DNA of 64,000 bases from an uncultured Pseudomonadota bacterium (lineage in GTDB: Bacteria; Pseudomonadota; Alphaproteobacteria; RF32; CAG-239). The translations under genes and the position numbers were made by a program. The stretch spans positions 66,655 to 130,654 of the forward strand of contig CASEQD010000005.1 of the NCBI GenBank assembly GCA_949289935.1, written 5' to 3'. This document shows positions 7,325 through 15,369 of the stretch, piece by piece (position 1 is the stretch's first letter; each line of letters begins with the position of its first letter). The notes below the pieces were generated by a model that saw nothing but the letters and a program-made list of their open reading frames with translations, ran no database searches and had not been told where the DNA came from.

Positions 7325-9574
7325 ATGGCGGAAGAGCAAAACATAAATCTTGAAAATCTCAGTGTGGTAGACTTGGCCAACTTGAGTCAACAGGTTAATT
7401 CGTCTGATAAATATTCGGTAGCGCAGCGGCACAAAGTAGAAGCTCTTGTCTGGAAAAAGATACGTTCCATTGCCGGCCGGGCCTCAAAGCTTGATCCGTC
7501 AAACAAAGAAGAACTTAAGGCTTTTCGTTCCATTTTGGATAATTTGCCCCTGGCATATCGTATGGAGACAAGCGGTTTGCTGCCGACGGTAAAACGTGCG
7601 GAAACGCGTCTGTATAATGCAGAAAATGGTATTGATGACCGCTCCCTTGGTGAAAAAGCACGGGATGGATTAAACGAGTTCGGGGAAAAACTCGGAAATA
7701 TGGCGGAAAATGCCAAAGATAACATCAATCAGTTCGGCAGCAACGTCGGCAACTCTGCCCGAAAAAATGTCAAAAAATTAAAACATAACACCAAAGTCGG
7801 CTACCGTTTTATGCGCATGGCGGCCAACCGCGGAAAAAACAACGCGAAAAACTGGGTCAAAGGCAAGCAGGAAGCCTATGCGCAATGGTCAGACCGCATG
7901 GATGACAAAATTAATGCCTGGATGGATAAGGCCGATAAAAAACTGGATGCTTTTGAAAACCGCATAAAAAATGCACCGAAAAAATTAAAACATAACACCA
8001 AAGTCGGCTACCGTTTTATGCGTATGGCGGCCAACCGCGGAAAAAACAACGCCAAAAACTGGGTCAAAGGCAAGCAGGAAGCTTATGCGCAATGGTCAGA
8101 CCGCATGGATGACAAAATTAATGCCTGGATAGATAAAGCGGCTCAAAAAATAGAAAATTTCCAAAAAGGCATCAATAATGCGGCAAAAAACACGGTCAAT
8201 GCCGGAAAAAAATTGGGCAATAACATGGCTCAGGCCGGAAAGCGCGGCTTAAATTCTTTGCAGCGCGGCTATATGCGTGCCAAAAATATCATCAACGGCA
8301 TAAAGCTTCCTTCTGTCAAAGGACACGCAAACGAAAAGAGCAGTGCTCTTGATCTGGCTAACGGAAACTTGTCAAAACTCAATCCGGAACAAATTAAAGA
8401 TATTTATAACGAATTGAAACAATATCGCTTTTATCCCATCGGTGATAAAAACCGCAGTGCTTATTACCGTTTTTCAACCTATTCGACTGATTTGTTGAAT
8501 AAAGTTAAAGCAAAGGGAATGGACGGAATTACCGATGAAAATGCCGATAAAATTGCAGCTTGGCTTGAAATAAACAAAAACATTCAGGAAGAAGTCAATT
8601 TTAACCGTGCCAAAGAAAACAACGAGCGCAATGATGAAGTAGAAGGTTTGTTAAAACAGCGTCAGGCTGAACGAAACGGCAATAAAACCGAAAGAACGGC
8701 CGACGAAAAAGCAGACAATAAAACCAGAGAAGAACAACATAACAAAGCGGATGAAAAACAGGAACAGAAAGGCACGGACAATCGTCCTCAGACATTCTAC
8801 GCCGCAGAATACGGAGACTATGCCCGTTCATTGGGCAAAGAAGCCGATGATGAATTTATGAAAGAATGCCGCGAAGGAAAATACAAAGACGATTTTGAAA
8901 AATTCGTAAGCGACCAGCGCAGCAAATATGCGCCGAAACAAAAGGAAAACACCGAAAACAAATCGGCGGAAAATGAGGCCGCCCGCGGCGACGGACAGCA
9001 GGCGCGGAACCCCGGAACTGAAGAAAAACAGGAAACGGCGGCTCGTGAAGCCGGCAACCCGAAACAAGAACAAAAAGCCGAAAAAGATTTGTATGAAGGG
9101 CTGAATTTGTCAGATTCTCAAAGAAAAATCGTTGAAGGGGAATTCAATCAGCTCAAAGATATTTATAACAATCCCGAAAAATGGAATTTGGCTGATAACA
9201 AAAACAAGGAAGCCGCTTTGTCTGCCTATAAAGAAAGCCTCAAAATGCAAGGCTTGAACGACAATCAGGTCAGCGATGTTTTATCCCGCCAGCGCGACAG
9301 TGTTAAAGACAAGCCGGAATACAAAGATATGTTTAAGGAAAATATCGGCAAAAGGGAAGCGGCGCATGAAAGCTCCGGTGTGAAAGATGTTGAAAACAAT
9401 ACCGGTGTCGATCGTCTGGCCGAAAAAGCCCGCCGCATCCAAAAACTGCGCGGACTGGGAGAAAACAACTCGCCCAGACCGGCCAAAACAGACGACAACA
9501 CCCAGACAAAAGAAATCAAGGGTAATGATCAGGCTGTTATAAAAGCGTATCAGGATAAAAGGCAGCGGGCTTAA
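7325..9574 (+). CDS. large Lys/Asn/Glu-rich hypothetical protein with an internal 69-aa tandem duplication
   Basis: About 749 aa from ATG 7325, with GAGGA upstream. Low-complexity charged sequence with no signal peptide or known domain recognised. Confidence 0.6.
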   Translation: MAEEQNINLENLSVVDLANLSQQVNSSDKYSVAQRHKVEALVWKKIRSIAGRASKLDPSNKEELKAFRSILDNLPLAYRMETSGLLPTVKRAETRLYNAENGIDDRSLGEKARDGLNEFGEKLGNMAENAKDNINQFGSNVGNSARKNVKKLKHNTKVGYRFMRMAANRGKNNAKNWVKGKQEAYAQWSDRMDDKINAWMDKADKKLDAFENRIKNAPKKLKHNTKVGYRFMRMAANRGKNNAKNWVKGKQEAYAQWSDRMDDKINAWIDKAAQKIENFQKGINNAAKNTVNAGKKLGNNMAQAGKRGLNSLQRGYMRAKNIINGIKLPSVKGHANEKSSALDLANGNLSKLNPEQIKDIYNELKQYRFYPIGDKNRSAYYRFSTYSTDLLNKVKAKGMDGITDENADKIAAWLEINKNIQEEVNFNRAKENNERNDEVEGLLKQRQAERNGNKTERTADEKADNKTREEQHNKADEKQEQKGTDNRPQTFYAAEYGDYARSLGKEADDEFMKECREGKYKDDFEKFVSDQRSKYAPKQKENTENKSAENEAARGDGQQARNPGTEEKQETAAREAGNPKQEQKAEKDLYEGLNLSDSQRKIVEGEFNQLKDIYNNPEKWNLADNKNKEAALSAYKESLKMQGLNDNQVSDVLSRQRDSVKDKPEYKDMFKENIGKREAAHESSGVKDVENNTGVDRLAEKARRIQKLRGLGENNSPRPAKTDDNTQTKEIKGNDQAVIKAYQDKRQRA
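7774..8132 (+). repeat. in-frame 207-nt tandem duplication inside the 7325-9574 CDS
   Basis: KKLKHNTKVGYRFMRMAANRGKNNAKNWVKGKQEAYAQWSDRMDDKINAW occurs twice. The copies start at 7774 and 7981, and roughly 150 nt are nearly identical. Confidence 0.9.
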
Positions 9575-10668
9575 TTCACCGGCATAATTTCCCGCCGGAT
9601 ATAACGTTGCGTCATTCCGACCCGTGATAAAATTTCATAGCTGATGGTACCGGCGTCGCGAGCCATGTCGTCAAGCGTATAAAAACCTGCCGCCAGAAAC
9701 GCTTCTTCCCCGGTTTTGATGCCGGGAATACCGGTAATATCGCAAATAACATTATCCATTGAAACCCTGCCGATAATTCTGGCTTCGTGCAATTTTTCCT
9801 TCCGGGGAAAAAAAACTTTGCCGACATTTGAAAGCGAGCGGGGAATGCCGTCCCCGTAACCGATGGAAATAATGGCGATTCGCCGGTCGCTGCTGGCGCG
9901 GTAAGTTGCCGAATAACCGGCAAAATCCCCTTTGGGCATAAGAGCGGTTTGCAACACCGGAGCTTTGATTGTCACCACATTTTTCATCTGGCTTTCACGA
10001 TAAGGCGCGGTATTAATGCCATACAGTGCGGCGCCGAGCCTGACCATGTCAAATTGAAAATCCCTGCCGAGAAAAGTTCCGTCCGAAGCCGAAAGCGAAG
10101 CCGGAAGCTTTGGAAAATATTTTTGCCGCAACTGGTTAAAATTGTTCAGCTGGTGTTCGTTCATAAAATGGCCTTTTTCGTCTCCGCAGGCCAGATGAGA
10201 CATCACCAGCGAAAAATTCTGTTTTTCCTCACGGCTCAGTTGTTCCAGTTCGTTTTCCCGAAAACCGAGGCGGTTTAGTCCGGTTTCGATATTGATAGCC
10301 GGCTTGATGCCTTCAATTTTGTTTTTCTGCCAAAAACGCAGCATTTCCGGAGAGGAAATAACCGGAATCAACCCGGCTCTGTAAAAGCTGTCAGCGCTGT
10401 CTTTCCCGATTCCCTGCAAAACAAAAATATCGGCATCCGGTACCAGGGGACGGATCTGTTCGCCTTCAATCCCGTGAGCGGTAAAAAAACAACGGCAGTC
10501 GCCTTGGTCATATAAAAGTTTGGCAACACGGCAGGCACCGAGCCCGTAGGCATCGTCCTTAACCACGGCCGCCGCTTTTGCTTGTGGGGCGATTTTTTGC
10601 AAAAGCCGGTAATTTTCCAGCAGATTTTTCAAATTAATTTCCAGGATGGGTCTTGTCAAAATGCTCAT
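9571..10668 (-). CDS. alr: alanine racemase
   Basis: 365 aa. The PLP-lysine motif AAVVKDDAYGLG and overall Alr layout are present. Confidence 0.85.
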   Translation of the reverse strand: MSILTRPILEINLKNLLENYRLLQKIAPQAKAAAVVKDDAYGLGACRVAKLLYDQGDCRCFFTAHGIEGEQIRPLVPDADIFVLQGIGKDSADSFYRAGLIPVISSPEMLRFWQKNKIEGIKPAINIETGLNRLGFRENELEQLSREEKQNFSLVMSHLACGDEKGHFMNEHQLNNFNQLRQKYFPKLPASLSASDGTFLGRDFQFDMVRLGAALYGINTAPYRESQMKNVVTIKAPVLQTALMPKGDFAGYSATYRASSDRRIAIISIGYGDGIPRSLSNVGKVFFPRKEKLHEARIIGRVSMDNVICDITGIPGIKTGEEAFLAAGFYTLDDMARDAGTISYEILSRVGMTQRYIRREIMPVN

Positions 10669-10711
10669 AACTGCTTAAACTTTCTTCGGTTCAACTTGTC
10701 AGGAAAACACT

Positions 10712-11455
10712 ATGAAGTTTATCGACACCCACATTCATTTGCAAGATTATAAACAGACATATGCAACACAGATTATCCGCCGGGCGATGGAAAAAGGTGT
10801 TGAAAAGTTTGTTTGTGCGGGAACTTCCCCGGCGGATTGGGAGAGCGTTGAAAAATTGTGCCTTGATTTTCCGGACATTATCATCCCGGCTTTCGGCATT
10901 CATCCGTGGTATGCGGCGGAAGCGCCGGCCGGTTGGAAGCGGCAGCTTGAAAATCTGCTGGAAAAATATCCGGAGGCATGTGTCGGCGAGTGCGGCCTGG
11001 ATGGAGCCGGAAAGCGTGAAACCGTGCCGCAGTTGCCGGTCTTTGAATATCAAACGGAACTGGCGCGCCGCCACAATCGTCCGTTGCTGCTTCATGCCGT
11101 CAAATGTCAAAACGAGTTGAACAACTGGTGGAAAAAGCTGCCGCCCCGCACGGTATTTCACTCATATAACGGCCGCCGTGAAGTTTTGAAACAAATTGTT
11201 TCTGCCGGAGCTTATGTATCTTTTTCCTTTTCGATTCTTTCAAACCGGGATGGAGAAGAACTCCTGAAAATGGTTCCGTCGGATAAAATTCTTTTGGAAA
11301 CCGACGGCCCGTATCAATCGCCGCTGCCGGACGAAGAAACAAAACCGGAGCGTTTGCCGGAACTGGCTCTGTTTCTTGCCGGCCTGCGGAATGAAGACGA
11401 AAAAGCTTTTGCCGCCCGGACATATCGGAATTCATTGGAGTTTCTGCATGGCTGA
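10712..11455 (+). CDS. tatD: TatD-family metal-dependent hydrolase/DNase
   Basis: Start MKFIDTHIHLQDY (the HxH motif), plus the ECGLD and ETDGPY motifs. Confidence 0.85.
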   Translation: MKFIDTHIHLQDYKQTYATQIIRRAMEKGVEKFVCAGTSPADWESVEKLCLDFPDIIIPAFGIHPWYAAEAPAGWKRQLENLLEKYPEACVGECGLDGAGKRETVPQLPVFEYQTELARRHNRPLLLHAVKCQNELNNWWKKLPPRTVFHSYNGRREVLKQIVSAGAYVSFSFSILSNRDGEELLKMVPSDKILLETDGPYQSPLPDEETKPERLPELALFLAGLRNEDEKAFAARTYRNSLEFLHG

Positions 11456-12194
11456 AAACGATAGATTCATGCGCACCCGCGCACTGTTGGGCAAACAGAA
11501 AATGAACAATCTGCAAAACGCTTCGGCAATGGTCGTCGGATTGGGAGCAGTGGGAGGCTATATTGTCGAGGCCTTGGCGCGTGCCGGAGTCGGACGATTG
11601 ATTTTGGTTGATTTTGATACCTTTGACGAAACCAACATCAACCGTCAGGTTTTGGCCTTGACTTCCACCGTCGGCCGCAAAAAAACAGAAGTGGCGCGGG
11701 AACGTGTGCTCGACATTAATCCCGATTGCCGGGTTGAAACAAAAGATATGTTCGTCAATGCCGGAACACTGCCGGAACTTTTTGCCGGACAGGTTGATTT
11801 TGTGGCCGACGCCATCGATTCTCTTAATGCCAAATGCTGCCTGATGGAATATCTCTACTACCGGGGCATTCCTTTTATTTCCTCTATGGGAGCCGCTCTG
11901 AAAACCGATGTCTCAAAAATTGTTTTCTGCCGTCTGAGCCAGACACGGAATTGCTCTCTGGCAAAACTTGTGCGGCAAAGGCTGAAACGCCGCGGCGTGG
12001 ATATTTCCCGGATAAACTGCGTGTCTTCAACAGAACTTCCCCGCCCGCCGGAAGAAAGTTTTTCATCGGCGCCGGAAGATGAAAAGTCCGGACGCTCACG
12101 CCGCATAATGGGATCTCTGCCCACGGTTACCGCTGTCTTCGGCCTGACCATTGCGAACGAAGCCATCAAATTCTTAGCTGAAGGGAAACAATAA
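11448..12194 (+). CDS. tcdA: tRNA threonylcarbamoyladenosine dehydratase (ThiF/MoeB-fold, TcdA/CsdL-like)
   Basis: MAENDRFMRTRALLG..., GLGAVGG nucleotide loop, LILVDFDTFDETNINRQ. ATG 11448 overlaps the tatD stop. Confidence 0.8.
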   Translation: MAENDRFMRTRALLGKQKMNNLQNASAMVVGLGAVGGYIVEALARAGVGRLILVDFDTFDETNINRQVLALTSTVGRKKTEVARERVLDINPDCRVETKDMFVNAGTLPELFAGQVDFVADAIDSLNAKCCLMEYLYYRGIPFISSMGAALKTDVSKIVFCRLSQTRNCSLAKLVRQRLKRRGVDISRINCVSSTELPRPPEESFSSAPEDEKSGRSRRIMGSLPTVTAVFGLTIANEAIKFLAEGKQ

Positions 12195-12196
12195 AC

Positions 12197-13378
12197 ATGG
12201 AAAAACTGCAAAAAACGTTCCGTTTGCATTTGGCTCTGTTTGGACGTGTTAATGCCGGAAAGTCAAGTTTTCTTAACCTTGTTGCCGGGCAGAATGTCGC
12301 CATTACCTCCGATATTCCCGGCACAACCACCGATGTTGTTGAAAAAAGTCAGGAACTGATACCGCTGGGGCCGGTTGTCTGGATGGACACGGCGGGATTT
12401 GGCGACCGGACGCCGCTGGGACGTCAGCGTATGGAAAAAAGCCTCAAAGCAATGGATAAAGCCGATGCGGTGATTCTTGTTTGTGAGGGGAACCGGGAGG
12501 AAGCGGAAGAGCAAAAAATTATTGACGAATGCGGCCGCCGCGGATTGCCCCTGATTAAAATTTTCAACAAAGCGGATATTCTGCCGCATGAAGGCGGCGG
12601 CATCCCTGTCAATTCTTTGGATGCCGGAAGCCGCAGCCGGGTTTTGAACCGGTTGAAAGAAGAATTGTTGAAAAAACTGCCGGAACAAACGCTTCAGCTT
12701 CCGACCCTTGCCGGGGATTTAATGCCGGCGGGCTCTGTGGTCGTGCTGGTGATTCCGTTGGACGAGCAGGCGCCCAAAGCCCGTCTGCTGCCGGTTCAGG
12801 TTCATGCCGTGCGCGACTGTCTGGATAACGGCTGCTATCCTTTTTGTGTAAGGGATACGGAATATACGGCGGTGCTGGCAGCCTTAAAACGGGAACCGGG
12901 GTTGGTTATCACCGATTCGAGCGTGGTTGGAAAAATTGCCGCCCAAACCCCTGAGAAAATTCCGCTGACGACGTTTTCCGTTCTTTCTGCCCGCTTAAAA
13001 GGCGATTTGAAAAAATTTACGGCCGGGGCTGAAGCCATTCGCACGCTGCAGGAAGGCGATAGAATATTAATAGCCGAGTCTTGCACCCATCATGCGGATA
13101 AAAACGATATCGGCACGGTCAAAATTCCTCTCTTACTGCAAAAAGTAACCGGAAAAAAACTGGAATTCACACATGTTTCCGGATGTGATTTCCCGGCGGA
13201 TTTATCTTTGTACAAACTGGTCATCCAGTGCGGCGGTTGCATGGCTTCGCGCCGCGAAATACTTTCCCGCATCCAAAAATGCGATTCTGCTGGCGTCCCC
13301 ATAACCAATTACGGCATCTGTCTTTCCGAATTAAACGGTGTTTTAAAGAGAATTGTCGCACCTTTCCGCCTGCAATAA
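12197..13378 (+). CDS. hydF: [FeFe]-hydrogenase H-cluster maturation GTPase HydF
   Basis: GTPase motifs GRVNAGKSS and DTAGFGD. The C-terminal cluster-binding motifs CTHH and QCGGCM are present. Confidence 0.85.
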   Translation: MEKLQKTFRLHLALFGRVNAGKSSFLNLVAGQNVAITSDIPGTTTDVVEKSQELIPLGPVVWMDTAGFGDRTPLGRQRMEKSLKAMDKADAVILVCEGNREEAEEQKIIDECGRRGLPLIKIFNKADILPHEGGGIPVNSLDAGSRSRVLNRLKEELLKKLPEQTLQLPTLAGDLMPAGSVVVLVIPLDEQAPKARLLPVQVHAVRDCLDNGCYPFCVRDTEYTAVLAALKREPGLVITDSSVVGKIAAQTPEKIPLTTFSVLSARLKGDLKKFTAGAEAIRTLQEGDRILIAESCTHHADKNDIGTVKIPLLLQKVTGKKLEFTHVSGCDFPADLSLYKLVIQCGGCMASRREILSRIQKCDSAGVPITNYGICLSELNGVLKRIVAPFRLQ

Positions 13379-13455
13379 AAGATTGACATTCGCCGCTCTG
13401 AGAGTAAATATAGGCTCCGATAGAATATTATTTTAATCCTATAATTTTTTGTATT

Positions 13456-14880
13456 ATGAAACAGTCAGTTAAAATCAACACCAACGGTTTGAAATCATTC
13501 ATTCCCGAGGAAAAAATTTATGAACTTTTGTCTCGCAAAAGCAACGACAAAGGCCGAATTCGCGAAATTATTGCCAAATCTTTGTCTTTGCAGCGTCTTG
13601 AGCCGGAAGAGATGGCCGTTTTGCTGAATGCGGACGATGCCGGATGCATTGCCGAAATAAAAGAAGGAGCGCATCGGCTGAAACAGGAAATTTACGGCAA
13701 ACGGATTGTTTTGTTTGCGCCGCTTTATGTCGGCAATAAATGCATTAACAATTGCGCTTACTGCGGGCTGCGCTGTTCTAACCGGGACATTGTGCGCACC
13801 ACGTTGAACCGGCGGGAACTGGAGCAGGAAGTCGGGCGTCTGGAAGACAAAGGCCATAAGCGGCTTATTTTGGTTTATGGCGAACATCCTGATTATGATG
13901 CGAATTTTATTGCCGGCACGGTTAAAACCGTTTATGGCGTTAAGGAAGGAAAAGGCGCCATTCGCCGGGTGAATATCAATGCAGCGCCGTTGGATGTGGA
14001 AGGTTATAAAATCGTAAAGGCTGCCGGTATCGGTACCTATCAGATTTTTCAGGAAACCTATCACCGGCAGACTTACGGCAGAGTGCATCCCTCCGGTCCC
14101 AAATCGGACTATCTCTGGCGCCTGTACGGATTGGATCGGGCGATGGAAGCCGGGATAGACGATGTCGGCATCGGGGCATTGTTCGGGTTGTATGACTATA
14201 AGTTTGAGGCTCTGGCGCTGCTGTATCATGCCATCCATCTGGAAGAGCGCTTTAATGTCGGACCGCACACCATTTCTTTTCCGCGGATAAAAGAAGCCCT
14301 GAATACCGATTTGCGGCAGGTTGCGTCTTTTGCGCCGTCGGATGAAGAGTTTATGCGTTTGATTGCGGTTTTGCGTCTGGCAGTTCCGTATACCGGCATG
14401 ATTTTGACCGCGCGCGAGGGGGCTGCTTTTCGCCATGAAGCCGTCAATTACGGTGTGAGCCAGATTGACGCGGGTTCGGATGTCGGCGTCGGCGCTTATG
14501 CGCATGAAGATGATGACAACGGCAACCGCAAAAAACGCCAGTTTGAACTCAGCGACAATCGTAGTCTCGATGAAATTATCGGTGAACTTTGTGACGGCGG
14601 ATTTATTCCTTCGGCTTGTACGGCTTGCTATCGTTCGGGACGCACTGGTGAGCATTTTATGTCCATGGCCAAACCGGGGGACATAAAAAAATTCTGCACG
14701 GCCAATGCATTGCTGACGCTTAGCGAATATGCCGAAAACTACGCCGGAATAAAAACCCGCGAAAAATGCCGCCGTCTGATAAAAAAAGAACTGCAAAACT
14801 ATCCGGAAGGCCGTATGAAACAAGCCTTGGCCGGAAAGTTGTTGCAAGTTGAAAACGGCGGGCAGGATCTGTTCTTTTAA
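13456..14880 (+). CDS. hydG: [FeFe]-hydrogenase H-cluster radical-SAM maturase HydG
   Basis: Radical-SAM CINNCAYCG, a ThiH-like body, and the HydG-specific C-terminal Cys motif CTACYRSGRTGEHFM. Confidence 0.9.
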   Translation: MKQSVKINTNGLKSFIPEEKIYELLSRKSNDKGRIREIIAKSLSLQRLEPEEMAVLLNADDAGCIAEIKEGAHRLKQEIYGKRIVLFAPLYVGNKCINNCAYCGLRCSNRDIVRTTLNRRELEQEVGRLEDKGHKRLILVYGEHPDYDANFIAGTVKTVYGVKEGKGAIRRVNINAAPLDVEGYKIVKAAGIGTYQIFQETYHRQTYGRVHPSGPKSDYLWRLYGLDRAMEAGIDDVGIGALFGLYDYKFEALALLYHAIHLEERFNVGPHTISFPRIKEALNTDLRQVASFAPSDEEFMRLIAVLRLAVPYTGMILTAREGAAFRHEAVNYGVSQIDAGSDVGVGAYAHEDDDNGNRKKRQFELSDNRSLDEIIGELCDGGFIPSACTACYRSGRTGEHFMSMAKPGDIKKFCTANALLTLSEYAENYAGIKTREKCRRLIKKELQNYPEGRMKQALAGKLLQVENGGQDLFF

Positions 14881-14894
14881 CTGCAAAACAAAAA

Positions 14895-14919
14895 ACCGGG
14901 ATTTTTCCCGGTTTTTTTA
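14895..14919 (+). terminator. rho-independent terminator after hydG
   Basis: ACCGGGA-TTTT-TCCCGGT stem-loop followed by a T-run. Confidence 0.8.
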
Positions 14920-14939
14920 CATTCAGTATAAAACGCTCT

Positions 14940-15263
14940 CTGAATGCTGTTTCTCCTCCCATCCTGATAAATACGCCCATTTTCCCGGATAGCTCTCCTT
15001 TTTCTTCCTTCCTAATCCTTTCTTATATTCCTCCTCCGGGTAGTTCTCCGCTCTCCCTTCCTCCCCTGAGTATCCTCTCCATTTTTCCTCCCCTGAGTAC
15101 ATCCCTCTCATTCCCTCCCTGAGTAGGGCTGGAGGCAGAAAAACAATCCAGTGAATTGTTTTTCGCCGACAGAGTCTGAATTGTTAGATTGTGAACAGGC
15201 GGCAACAATTCAGTTGACCGAAGCAGCTTCGCTGCAAGAGGTTAGGGAGGGTATGAGTCAAAC
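14940..15263. repeat. mosaic repeat cluster R3 (CCTGAGTA array + shortened H1 module)
   Basis: CCTGAGTA cores at about 15067, 15093 and 15118. The H1 module has an internal deletion but keeps the outer stem CTGAATTGTT/AACAATTCAG. It ends in GGGAGGGTATGAGTC. Confidence 0.9.
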
Positions 15264-15308
15264 AAAAAAATCCTCTTCATTTTTTTCACCTCTGCATGAA
15301 ATTAGTGA

Positions 15309-15337
15309 TTGAACAACAAGAAAACTTATGCTACACT
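15309..15337 (+). promoter_or_regulatory. sigma70-like promoter of paralog P2 (TTGAAC-17-TACACT)
   Basis: Same conserved element as upstream of P1 and P3. Confidence 0.55.
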
Positions 15338-15369
15338 AAAACCAGTGATGATAAAGTGTGGAGGATGAA

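Noticed and set aside
13495-14886. 463-aa minus-strand ORF covering the whole hydG locus
   Set aside because: It is an antisense shadow of hydG. The translation is low-complexity (F/R/I/N-rich) with no motifs or RBS, while the plus-strand frame carries unmistakable HydG motifs.
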